Positions 38,301 through 49,874 of a stretch of DNA of 64,000 bases are shown in pieces. The translations under genes were made by a program, and so were the position numbers. The first letter of the stretch is position 1; each line of letters opens with the position of its first letter. The notes below the pieces were generated by a model. That model ran no database searches. It was given only the letters and a program-made list of their open reading frames with translations, and was not told the DNA's origin. Source of the DNA: Centroscyllium fabricii (taxonomy: Eukaryota); NCBI GenBank assembly GCA_051313645.2, contig JBNRSN020000013.1, positions 50,592,001-50,656,000 on the forward strand, in the 5' to 3' direction.

Positions 38301-39150
38301 TCTGCCATCCCAGGTATCAGCTTGGTGAATCTCCTCTGCACTCCCTCCATTGCTAGAACGTCCTTCCTTAGATAAGGACACCAAAACTGCACACAGTACT
38401 CAAGGCTTGGTCTCACCAAGGCCCTGTACAACTGCCGCAAGACCTCCCTATTCCTGTACTCAAAACCTCTCGCTATGAAGGCCAACATACCATTTGCCTT
38501 CTTAACCGCCTGCTGCACCTGCATGCTCACCCTTAGCGACCGGTGCACCAGGACACCCAGGTCTCATTGATCGGAAACTGAACTGGACCAGCCATATAAA
38601 TACTGTGGCTACAAGAGCAGGCCAGAGGCTGGGAATTCTGCGGCGAGTGTCTCACCTCCTGACTCCCCAAAGCCTTTCCACCATCTACAAGGCACAAGTC
38701 AGGAGTGTGATGGAATACTCTCCACTTGCCTGGATGAGTGCAGCTCCAACAACACTCAAGAAGCTCGACACCATTCAGGATAAAGCAGGCCGCTTGATTG
38801 GCACTCCATCCACCACCTTCAACATTAACTCCCTCCACCACCGGCGTACTGTGGCTGCAGTGTGTACCATCTACAAGATGCACTGCAGCAACTCGCCAAA
38901 GCTCCTTCAACAGCACCTTCCAAACCCGCGACCTCTACCACTTAGAAGGACAAGGGCAGCAGACGCATGGGAACAGCACCACCTACAAGCCACACACCAT
39001 CCTGACTTGGTCCTGTATCGCCGCTCCTTCACTGTCACTGGGCCAAAATCCTGGAACTCCCTTCCTAACAACATTGTGGGTGTACCTACACCATATGGAC
39101 TGCAGCGGTTCAAGAAGGTGGCTCACCACCATCTTCTCAAGGGCAATTAG
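35345..39150 (+). pseudogene. Disrupted LINE endonuclease-reverse transcriptase ORF (about 964 aa reconstructed)
   Basis: APE motifs DIVILTE, YRPP, GDFNVHH, LDLVLTN, SDH; RT motifs GPDNIP, NYRPISLL, QFGFR, LDIKAAFDRVWH, GVPQGSVLGP, FADD. One frameshift at about 36710 and a CR1 insertion at 37657-38564; the frame resumes at 38569. Confidence 0.92.
37657..38564 (-). mobile_element. 5'-truncated CR1/HER1 LINE inserted in the tRNA-headed LINE
   Basis: ORF 37937-38548 (QVQQAVKKANGMLAFIARG...RLRGDLIETYKI...WNSLP); (TTCTTATG)n tail; CATT at both junctions (37653-56, 38565-68). Confidence 0.93.
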
Positions 39151-39439
39151 GGATGGGCACTAAATGCAGGCCTAGCCAGCCAGCGACGCCCACATCCCAT
39201 CAATGAATAAAAAATTTAAAAAACGCCCGACCACCCTTCGTGCGAACCGGCGGCGCCGCTGAGCGGCTGCGCCACAAACTGAAGGCTACCGGTTCCGAAC
39301 CACTGAAGTTGCCGGACCATTGGGTGCCGGATTAATGGTGCTCAACCTGTATTGAAGTCTTTAAAAACACACGGGTGCACAACGTCTGTATAGACACAAA
39401 TATAAGCACTACTCCTGCTGGCAACTCCTCAGAGTGAGA

Positions 39440-40560
39440 GCAGAAATTTATTTATTGCAGAACTTTGATATCCACTACTTGGAACACAAGGAAATACTTA
39501 GGGGACCTCCTTCTTGATGGCAGAGACTGCCTGGCTGGCAGATGCTATCAAAGTAAGCTTGAGGTTTTGCAGTGTATCTTGTACATAGTACACACTGCAG
39601 CCAGTGTGCAAGTGGTGCAGTTAGGAAACGGAGTCCTGAAGCAGGGGCACTGAAAGTTGACTGTTCTGTCTAGGATGGTGTGGAGCTGAGTATTCCAGCA
39701 CACTCTTGACTTGAGGTTTGAAGATAGTGGAGAAGGTTTGAGAGGTTGCCACAGGCGAGTCACCGGTTATAGATTAATCTCTGGCCTGCTCTTGTAATTA
39801 TGTTATGGCTGGTCCAATTATGCTTCTGGTCAATGGTGACCTCTAGGATATTGACTTAGCAATAGTGGTTCCATTGGAGGTCAGTAGGAGATAGTTGGGC
39901 TTTTACTTGTTCAGGATGGTCATTGTCTGACAATCGTGGCATGAATGTTACATACCACTTGTCCACTTGTTAGCCCAAGCTTGAAACATAGAAGATAGGA
40001 GCAGGAGTAAGCCATTCGGCCCTTCGAGCCTGCTCCGCCATTCAATGAGATCATGGCTGATCATCCAAACTCAGTACCCTGTCCCTGCCTTGTCCCCATA
40101 TCCCTCGATCCCTATCGAGCCTGCACCAACACATATCCCACCATATCCCCGTAACCCCACATATTCAATCCCCCCAACACTAAGGGTCAATTTATCATGG
40201 CCAATCAACCTAACCCGCACATCTTTGGACTGTGGGAGGAAACCGGAGCACCCAGAGGAAACCCACGCAGACACGGGGAGAATGTGCAAACTCCACACAG
40301 ATAGTACCCGAGGCTGGATTTGAACCCGGGTCTCTAGTGCTGTAAGGCAACAGTGCTAACCACTATGCCACCGTGCCGCTTGGATGCTGTCCAAGTCCCG
40401 TTGGAGGTTGACATGGGCTACTTCATTATCAGAGGGACTGTGAAAAGTGAACACTGTAAAATCATTATTAAACAGCTCTACTTCTGACCTTAAGATGGAG
40501 GGAAGTTCATTGAGGAAAGAACTGAGGATGTCTGAATGAAAGATACTGCCCGTAGGAATT
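39440..40560 (-). mobile_element. Old, diverged relative of the same LINE family, inverted, interrupted by an HE1 SINE
   Basis: TLAAVCTMYKIHCKTSS matches TVAAVCTIYKMHCSNS of the 38605 ORF; nucleotide similarity to the RT region. Confidence 0.7.
39984..40377 (-). mobile_element. HE1-like V-SINE
   Basis: Reverse complement of the GGCACGGTGGCATAGTGGTTAGCACTG head, V-domain and CR1 tail; GCTTG at both ends. Confidence 0.9.
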
Positions 40561-41074
40561 CCCAGAGCACCACTGCCCTGTATTTGTTGAGAACTTGCAA
40601 TGGCTCAACTGAAACAATTTTTTTTCTTCCTCTTAAAGGCATCACCCATTTTTGAGCTACAGTTCCATAGGCACCAGTTACCCTCTAGTACCCAAGTGCC
40701 CTTTATTCATGTCCTGGTATCAGTGGATTGCTAAGCCACAGAATTCATCCCTGTTTTTACCTTCTGTAGGGCAGGGATGCTGAAGCACCACCAACTTGCT
40801 TCAACACAGACCAAGATCAAATCTGGGATTTTTCTGGTTTGTATGACACCATACCAGACCAGGAGAATTATTTACCAACTTGGCACTCTTTGTCCTTTTG
40901 ATCAGTTTTCTCCTGTTCCTCCGCCTCCTCTCCTGAAGACAGACTCATTGTTGGGGCAATGAAGAATCAAGGTTGACATTCCTGAAAATAGGATTTCTTT
41001 CCAGTAGAAAAACAATTGAGATCAGACCCGTTTACCAAATTTGGATGGAGATCATGGAGGATTCATGACCAAAA

Positions 41075-41480
41075 GCCGTGGCTTCGTGGCAGAACTCTTG
41101 CTTCTGATTCAGAAGGTTGTGGGTTCAAGTCCCACTGCAGAGACTTGAGCACAAAATCTAGGCTTACACTCCAGTGCAGTCTTGAACTATTGGAGGTGCC
41201 ATCTTTCAGATGAGATTTTAAACCAAGGTCCATTCGGCCCTCCCAGGTAGACGTAAAGGATCCGGTGATACAATTAGAAGAACAAGTTCTTCCTGATGCC
41301 TTTGCTAATATTTATCCCTCAACCAATATCACTAAAACAGATTACCTGATCATTTATCACATTGTAATGTAGGAAATGCGGCAGCCAATCAGTGACTACT
41401 CTTCAAAAGTACTTCATTGGCCGTAAAGCGCTTTGGGCAGTCCCAGGGTCAGGATATGTCAGTGCAAGTCAGTCTTTCTT
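41075..41480 (+). mobile_element. Deu-domain SINE (SacSINE1/AmnSINE-like)
   Basis: GGTTCAAGTCC B box, GATGAGA..AACC.AGG Deu core and L2-type tail; further copies at 53845-54125 and 57525-57875. Confidence 0.7.
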
Positions 41481-42765
41481 TTATTCGATATAGATCTTGA
41501 AACCAGGAGCAGGCCTCGACGACAGCGGAAGATCATTCAACCAGAGCAGATATGTGTGAAACCGGCATTGGCAGCCCAATACTCTGGGGCGCAAAGCACC
41601 AATTTTGAGTTATTCAACTTTGTAAAAATCAAAAGAAAAGGAAAACTTAGCACTTATGGAACTTCTGACCAATGAAACTACTTACACGAATTCAGAAAAC
41701 AACAATTGCTGAAAATGAACCTTTTATTGTTCACTTGGGCAAATGGAGACTATTGCTGAGGTTGGGAAGAGAAAGAGCTGAAGGTGTGGTTTGGAAAGAC
41801 GTTTTGTATGCAACAGAACAGGCAAGACTATCTGATGAAAGTGATTGAACAAGGACAGAAAACTCTTAAAAGGGACAATCTAATCCCTTCTGTGTGGAGC
41901 TTGAATGAAAGGACATCCTTAATTGGTTTAAAAAATAATGATATATGATTTAGAGAAAAAAATTGTATTAATTCTAATTGTGGGAACTACAGGACAAATT
42001 CAGGATCAATTAACACAATTGTTTCTTCAAAATTATAACCAGGTACCTGAAAAGTAATATCCGAACAAACTTACCACATCCAGTACTGATCTGCAATAAA
42101 CCTCTAATTAGGTTACTAATGGAAAGCTTGTTGCTTCCAATATATTTCAAAGTCTACAGTAAAATCAATGTTTAGTCAACATGACAAGCTGTTCTATGAA
42201 TATATGCTGTGTGCTCTATTAGACCTCAAACTTTCAATGACGCTCTATAATTCCTTCTGAAGTCGCAATGTCATTAAAAAAAGGCAACATCCAACCTTTG
42301 AGGTAGATCTTAATTTCAAATTTTAATTCATACTTTATACTGTTAAAACAATCAAAACTTTAATAATCTATTGATTTGCAATATGCTCGGCAAGTCAATA
42401 ATCCATCATGACTAAATGGACTCAAAGGGTACACTACTGTAGCTGCTTAAAAGTCTTCCATGATTTTTCTCTATCTACTTAATAAAACAAGTTTACAGAT
42501 AACGTTGTTTAATTGTAGTCTATTAGTGAGGTCTTCGACTGCAACATTACTGACTCCAACTTCTGACTTTCAAGCATATGTTCATTGTGTGTTAATTCTA
42601 CCACTATGCAAATTTCAAATATATTTGGATTGATTTTCCAAATGTGGGCGAGGCTCCCTGCTGGTAACATGCATTTGTGAAATTGGTACCTTTGCATATT
42701 ATACCATGAGTCACTTAAATCTAGACAAAAAAACCAACAGAATTACAATGACTATTGCTACGTGA

Positions 42766-42814
42766 ATATATATATATATATATATATATATTTATTTGAT
42801 AGATAGATAGATAG

Positions 42815-42846
<32 letters not shown>
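42766..42846. repeat. Compound (TA)n/(GATA)n microsatellite
   Basis: Directly visible. Confidence 0.95.
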
Positions 42847-43173
42847 TTTTTAAGGCTATCCCTACCATTTCAAATTGACCAGCAGCTTGCCTATAGAGGC
42901 ATATAATGCTGCGGCACAGAAATAGGCCATTCAGGACTGGTCTGTGCTGCGGGTTCTCCTCCCCCCGCGCCCCCCCCCCCCCCGATTCTAACCATCCTGT
43001 GTGTAAAGAAAGCCTTTTCGTTATAGCAAATTGAGAAAAATGATACAAAATGTTAGTTGTTTATAATCTTTCAGATAAAAGGATGTGTCGCCTGAGAGCA
43101 AGAATCAACAATGGTGCTGTCATTTATGAATGTAAGGCATATAGATTTACAAATGGAAAAACTTTCAGTAAAT

Positions 43174-43179
43174 TTTATT
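43174..43179 (-). terminator. POLA1: Candidate POLA1 polyadenylation signal
   Basis: AATAAA on - about 820 nt past the stop; alternatives at 43206-11 and overlapping the stop at 43999-44004. Confidence 0.35.
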
Positions 43180-43999
43180 GGAATATTTTAAAGAGATAAT
43201 GGTCATTTATTTAAACATTAATCACGTGTCACAAACAGTTTCAGAAACAATGCACAGTTGATCTTATTCAAAACATGGTAACATTGTATGTGTAAAAAGC
43301 TTTCTTACATAAAAACTTATGGATATCATCGGTTTCTAAAAAGATAGGAAGGAGTTTGTGTAGAAATCTTGAACAGAGTACTGAAGTTTGAAGTAACTCG
43401 ACCAGATATTGCTGTATTTGCTTCATTCGTTGTCAGCTGCCTATTTAAAGACTGGTTGTGTTTGCCTGTTAGTTCTCCAATCCAAAGTACTTCAGTCACT
43501 TCAATAGATTGTTCAGATCTTGGTAAATGAGACCCGTTGTTCCACTCTCCAGTAAGTGTACTCCACAGTGATCCCAACCATTCTCATTGCCTAGTCCTCT
43601 GGCTCCACAGATCACTCTTAAAAACTACCATCAATCCCAACACTCTTCCCCCCCCCCCAAGCCAGCTTTTAATAAACGGCTTTCATCTCTTTATAGGTTT
43701 AATTGGTGTTTTGATAGAAAAGTAGACGAAGGATGACAACACAAACATTAACGAGGCCATGTAACGACACCGTTGAGCCCTTTTTAAATATCTTTGTTCT
43801 AACTTCCACCAAGTAGCCTGGGTCAAATTCCAAGACTACTCACATTATCATGCATCAGGTTTAAAGAGCGATCTCCCTACAGACAGCTTCACAAATCCCC
43901 AAAAAGCATTAATTGTAACGTTTTTGTTATCGTTCTGCCATCCGCACAATAGTCCATCGAGCCTCAAAGAGGAGCGAGAAGAGTCAGGGTCTCCTTCAT

Positions 44000-44142
44000 T
44001 TATTGACTGTACTGAAAGAGTTTGCCGAGATTCACCTCAGAGTAGCTGCTGGAAGCCAGTGCGTCATCTGCGACTCCCTTTAGGCTCTTAAACACAAAAC
44101 AGTAATCCTGATCTTTAACACCAAAGCATTTCTTCACGATTT
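44000..44142 (-). CDS. POLA1: POLA1 (DNA polymerase alpha catalytic subunit) last coding exon
   Basis: IVKKCFGVKDQDYCFVFKSLKGVADDALASSSYSEVNLGKLFQYSQ* carries the Pol alpha C-terminal primase-binding motif YSEVNLxKLF. Pyrimidine-rich CCAG acceptor at 44143-44; convergent synteny with ARX. No upstream exon was found in the window. Confidence 0.92.
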
Positions 44143-44358
44143 CTGGAAAAAAGAGAGAGAAATTACATCCAGGAATACATTTCAATAGAGTAGCTTCATT
44201 CCATGTTTGCTGAAGATCTCTCAATGTCCACCCACCTTTGGAAACAAAACTCCACGCTAGTTTGTTACCGACCACCAGACAGAAAAGAAAATGCCGGTCC
44301 GATCCATCGAAACACATGGAGGCAAGAAACTAAATAAAATAAGCGGTTTGAAAACTAC

Positions 44359-45135
44359 GGGCCGGAATTTGCAGCGAGTAATGACAGCGAATGATCAGCA
44401 TTCGCTGTTATTACCCCTTTGAAACTGACCGCAACTTCCAGGTGTGGTGCATGAGCATCCTAACGTGGAAATCCTGAAGTTGTGGTCAGTCATTCACTGC
44501 GCCGACACTGGCTGTGCTGTGGGCGCTCTCCTCCCCCCCCCGCCAATCAGTATAATCAGGGAAATCGGGGAAACTGTAGAAAACGTTGGTTTTTCCGCAG
44601 TAATATTGCTGTTAAATATCCCATTAAAAGTTAAAACCCCTATTTACACCTAATCCAAAATGGTCTAACAGCGTATTGACTGCTAAACAAACGTTATGGC
44701 CCTGAAAAACGAATGATAATTTTGTGGAGTGTCAAATTTATCCATTTTAACAAAAATTCCAATTTTTAAGAAACTTTAAATTTTTTAAAACTTTTTTTTT
44801 TATATAAACGTTTAATCATCTTTATTTCAGGTTACTTTTTCCTCATGCGAGAGCCCCAATCTCTGTTTTTCTCTCTATAACATAGAATAAAAGGAATTCT
44901 TTCATTTCCTGGATCCCAGGCTGTGAGAATTCTGCACTGTGATTGGTTTCTTTGACAGCTTGTTGACATCACAGCAGCTCGCATTAGAGATTCCCCATTA
45001 ACTTGCACTGATTTCAACTGAACATCAGAAAAGCTGGACCTCCTCGCCACAGCGATCACAAGAGCTTTGTGGGAAGCTTACTTCGAGGCCAGCGGCGAAC
45101 ACCTTTGCTTTGCCGCTGACTGCAAATTAGGATCC
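44359..45135. mobile_element. MITE with GGGCCGGAATTTGC termini
   Basis: Imperfect TIRs GGGCCGGAATTTGCAG / CTGCAAATTAGGATCC; a related end at 59279. Confidence 0.65.
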
Positions 45136-45164
45136 TTATATCTAAACTATAAATTTGCATAATA

Positions 45165-45597
45165 GAAACATAGAAGATAGGAGCAGGAGTAGGCCATTCG
45201 GCCCTTTGAGCCTGCTCCGCCATTCAAGTAGATCATGGCTGATCATCCAAATTCAGTACACTGTCCCTGCCTTCTCCCTATATCCCTTGATCCCTTCAGC
45301 CTGAAGAAATATATCCAACTCCTTCTTGAATATATTTAATGAACCGGCCTCCACCGCCCTCTGTGGCAGAGAATTCCACAGGTTCACCACTCTCTGGGTG
45401 AAGAAATTCCACCTCATCTCAGTCCTAAATGGCTTTCCCCTAATCGTTAGACTATGGCCCCTGGTTCTGGACTCCCCTTTCATTGGAAACATCCTTCCTG
45501 CATCCAGTCTGTCCAGGCCTGCAAGAATTTTATAGGTTTCGATGAGATCCCCTCTCAATCGTCTGAACTCCAGTGAGTATAAGCCCAATCGACTCAA
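45165..45597 (-). mobile_element. CR1/HER1 LINE 3' fragment
   Basis: RLGLYSLEFRRLRGDLIETYKIL...WNSLPQRAVEA plus tail. Confidence 0.92.
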
Positions 45598-45834
45598 TAA
45601 TGTGTTGGTCAGATCCATGCGGAGTATGGCATACATTTCTGGTCGCCGAACTATAGCAAGGATATTATTCGCCTTAATATGATACAGAGCTGAGCAACGG
45701 AGATGTTTCCAGGTATCAGGAATTTTAGTTGAGCAAAGGATTTAAGCTGAGCATGGATAAAGGATTTTTTTTCCTTTTGGAAACCCGAGGTTATTTTAAG
45801 ATTATGAAGGGAATTGAGAAAATTGATCCAACAA

Positions 45835-47192
45835 ATAACCACTTCTATTAATAGAGCACATTTAACGTAGTAAAACATTCTAATGCGCTTCATAGGAGTG
45901 TTATGAAACAAATTTGACGCCAAGCCACATAAGGATATATTTGGGCAGATGTAGGTTTTAAGGAGTGTCTTAAAGGAGGAAAGAGAGGCAAAGAGGTTTA
46001 GGGAGAGACTTCCAGAGCTTAGGGCCTTGGCAGCTGAAGGAATGGCCTCCAATGGTGGCATGATTAAAATTGGGGATTCTCAAGAGGCCAGAATTGGAGG
46101 AGTGCAGATATCCGAGAGTGTTGTAGGGCTGGAGGAGATTAGAGAGACAGGGGAGGGCGAAGCCCTGGAGGGATTTGAAAAAAAGGAGAATTTTAAAATT
46201 GAGTCATTGCTTAACTGGGAGCCAATGTAGGTCAGTGAGCACAGGGGTGATGGGTGAACAAAATTTGGTGCAAGTTAGGGCACGAGCAGCAGTTTTGGAT
46301 GACCTTAACGTACAGAGGGTAGAACGTTGGAGGCTGGCCAGGAGTGCATTGGAATAGTCAAGTCTAGAGGTACAAATGGCATGGATGAGGGAGGGGCAGA
46401 GTCAGTGGAAATAGGTGGTCTTAGTAATAGCGCAGATAGGAGGTTGTAAGCTCATCTCGGGTTCAAATATCAAGTTTATGTTTATTGTCACATGTATTAA
46501 ATACAATCCAGACAGTGAAATGCTTACTGCTACCCGAATGCACCGCGCAACAAGGACATTAAGCTGCCCGGCACGCATGAGCCCGCAAGACGTCAGCCAT
46601 TCTCCGGCGCCATCATCGTGGGTCCCGTTCCTGCTCCGGCCTCTCAGTACGATGTTAATTGTCCTCTACCACTCTGTCAACTTGCTCTGCCGCTGTTTCT
46701 TCCGATGTTACTCTTGACTTGACTCCTTTCGGCCCGACACCATGCTGGCTCCGCCGAATCCACGGATCTCCGAACTTCAGGAGCAGCGTCCTGGGGCCTG
46801 GCTCTCGTCCAGGCGCCATCCCGGCACCCCCGAGCTCCGAACTTCGGGCTTGAGGCCTAGTCCAGCACCCTCCGAGCCTGGGGCCTAGCCAGCACTCTCC
46901 GGCTCCGCCGAAACCTGGGGCCTGGCACTCAGCCCGACGACATCCCGGATCTCCCAGAGTCCTCCGAGCTCCCCGCTCTCACTCCCGTCGGCCGATCGGC
47001 GCCCTGCATCTTGCAGCCTTCCTCCCTCCCGGTGCCGCCGATGGCGGCCGATTCAAGCAGTTTGACTTCGCCTCGAGGAGCGGCCGCAATAGTTCAGGCT
47101 CAGACAGCTGCCAGGGGGAGGGATGGAGTAGGTGGCTCAGGAACAGAGTTTGCGGTGGGAACTGAAGACAATGGCTTCAGTCTCCCCAATAT
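45835..47192 (-). mobile_element. L2 fragment interrupted at about 46471-47088 by a GC-rich element with a Rex1-type tail
   Basis: Reverse complement of the L2 sequence at 53015-53602; the insert starts AAGTTTATGTTTATTGTCAC, like the Rex1 tail at about 27430. Confidence 0.6.
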
Positions 47193-47919
47193 TGCCAGCA
47201 GACTAAAGTTAATAATTAGGAAATTAGAAGGGAAGGCAGGAGATTTTTATTCATCAAAATGATAACAGAGTTGTATAATACACGGCCAGGAATGGCCAGA
47301 GAAGTAGACAGTATAAATGGATATAATGGACAATTGGAAAAGGATCTGGACAAAGAAAAGATTGAGTGATATGGTGAGAAGGTGGCTAAAATGGTGTTGA
47401 TTTATGAAAAAAGGACAGACTGGTTTGAGTCTAGTGGTATTTCCTTGTTCATATTTACGTTGAACTGAAATGGTTAAACTTTATTTCAGATATATTTCTG
47501 AATTTATACTTGTAAAGATTAGCCCACTTGGCATTTAAAATGCTTGCTTTTTTGTCAGATTATGAAAAGTGTAAATTTTAATGTTAAATGTATGTGCCGT
47601 GGAATTCCAATTACAGTACACCCACAATATAAAACAGAAAAGTGACAGGCCTGTATATTCAACATTCGCTCTTGTAACACCACAAAACATTTCTACTGTG
47701 CAAGACGCTCTAAACTGCAAAAGTACAATTTCAACTCTGCAAAACATGATTTATGACGACTTATACCGACTATAGCATTAATGGAACATCCTACACCCGC
47801 TATGTTTTACCAATTTATACACATACTTGGTGCTATTGCAGTACAGACCCTTAGATTTGTAGCTTAAATGCTAAAACATGATTTGTTAATACTTATTTTC
47901 TTCAACACAGAAACCTTTC

Positions 47920-48200
47920 CAATGGACTCATCAAATCTCAGCAAGGGAATAAAATTTGTTTAAAACCGTTCTTTAGAGCAGAAATCATTTGAGAAATTAG
48001 AAAATTAAACCGGGTGGAATGAGCTCCCCTGTATGTTAACCTGCCCTTTTGATGGGATATTGACTTTTCCCACCAGGCTAGTTGGGTAAGGGAGTATTTG
48101 GTCACTGACAGAACGGTATTGCTGATGACTAGCAGCACTTTCTTGCATTTCCTTGTAAGATTATTTGAATCCAATAGACAATACATTACACAACCATTAG
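47920..48200. promoter_or_regulatory. Candidate conserved element in the last POLA1 intron
   Basis: Unique, TE-free block; inference. Confidence 0.3.
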
Positions 48201-48766
48201 TATTAGAGCATTGGAAAGATCTTGGTGCCTTTTACAAATATGTACTCCCTTTCCTGTATATATCATTGTGCTAGGATCTCACACCAGAAATGACATTACT
48301 TCAGTTTACAGGAGAAATTTTAGTTAAGCTGGGGGGGGCGGAGAAGAGAGAAGGGAAATCTTAATCAAAAGATTTCAAAATGCCAACATCTGGATTTGCT
48401 CAATACTAAATATCCTAAATTGTCTAAATCAACAGAAAGTAGGATTTGCTCAATTAAGAGGGGACATCTGGACAGTCCACCTGTTAATAATCCACTTTAA
48501 AAAATAAAACGGCAAAATCCCCCAAATCATGAGCAATATTCCAAGTCATGTCTCTCACATAACATCGGTAACTGTTGCATAATCAAGTTGATTTACACAG
48601 CAATTTTCAAGTTATTGAAGATATTTGCAAAGGCTGCAACTCTCCAGTATTTTCTGGCAATACACGTGAGAAAAAAATCATGGTATTAAAAACTACAACT
48701 AGCAAGAAAAAAAATTAAATCCAACTAGTCTTCAGTACTGCACTGAAGAATTAATTTGATTAAATA

Positions 48767-49846
48767 CAGGAAACTCTTGTTTAACCGGCACCTAAATATC
48801 AGAAATTCTCGAATAACCGGCAAAATTCTCATCCGAAAACAACACCTCAATAACCAGCAATGTTGCCGAGTCCGAGTCTCCTGTGGTGGCTGAGTTCATC
48901 AGTGGGGGTAATTCTCCAAACTGCCACTACTCGGCTTCTTGGCACTGTTGGGAGTCAGAACACCTCAATAACTCAGTAAAGGCCCTGTCACACCTAGACG
49001 TTTTAGCCAGCGTATGCAAATTTGGCTAAAACGCTGAACTTTTGACCTTTTCTTTCCAGTTTTGGGCGTATAATAGCGTATTCATAACGTATTGGACGTA
49101 TGCATAACGTATTAGTAACGTACACAGAGCGTATCAATAACTTACAGATAACTTATACCAACGAATGCTTAGCGTTCACAACTTATGCCCAACGATAGTC
49201 TAACGTATGCATAGCGCGCGGCAGCGTATCGCCGACGTTTTAGATAAATTTTGATAAATTGGAAAACGCTAGCTTAAATCGTCAAGGTGTGACAGGGCAT
49301 GACAGGGGCAAGGTAATGTGTGTTCAACGATCGCCTAACGTGCCTACAACGTATGGCCAGCGTATGTGGAACGTAGAAATTGTAACATTGATACGTCGTG
49401 ATTTTTTGTGCATGCACAAAAAAATCACGACTTAAACGACGTATACAACCTATGGCCAGCGTATGCCAAAGTGCTCTTAACGTCTGCATAACGTACCCAT
49501 AACGTATCCGACGTAACCCGGCGTATGAGCCAAATTTGCATACGCTGGCTTAATCGTCTAGGTGTGACAGGGCCTTAACAGGCTCTCCTGACCCACGCTG
49601 CTGGTAGTCATTGCATTACATTACCCTCAACTGGCAGCACTGTACTTAATCAAGCATCTTCCACCATCCATTTAACACAACATTCTGTAGGTGAGTACCC
49701 AATTACTGTATACTGCACATTTCTTGATTTTTAAATTTTTCTTTGTTAAAAATAGCCTCGGTAGATAACCCTCTCTGTCATCTGGAATTTTTGATCAAGC
49801 GGCAACATGCCGGACCCGTCGGTGCCGGATACCAAAGAGTTTCCTG
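48767..49846. mobile_element. Tigger-like MITE hosting a nested Harbinger-like MITE
   Basis: TA-CAGGAAACTCTT...AAGAGTTTCCTG-TA. Confidence 0.85.
48980..49575. mobile_element. PIF/Harbinger-like MITE with TIRs of about 48 bp and TAA TSD
   Basis: TAA-AGGCCCTGTCACACCTAGACG...CGTCTAGGTGTGACAGGGCCT-TAA. Confidence 0.88.
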
Positions 49847-49874
49847 TATATTGGTCATGACAGAGTTCTCTCTA

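Larger units (their letters stand above)
35003..39220 (+). mobile_element. Near full-length single-ORF LINE (APE endonuclease + RT, CR1/Jockey-group-like) with tRNA-derived 5' head
   Basis: tRNA-like head 35011-35095; ORF from 35345; 3' hairpin and A-rich tail ending at about 39220. Confidence 0.92.
34839..39349. mobile_element. Tigger-like MITE split by a 4.2-kb LINE insertion
   Basis: TA-TAGGTTGAGCACCATTAATCCGGCACC ... GGTGCCGGATTAATGGTGCTCAACCTG-TA; both halves match the copy at 60939-61557. Confidence 0.9.

Noticed and set aside
44143-44317. N-terminal part of ORF 44000-44317
   Set aside because: Intronic read-through upstream of the POLA1 splice acceptor.
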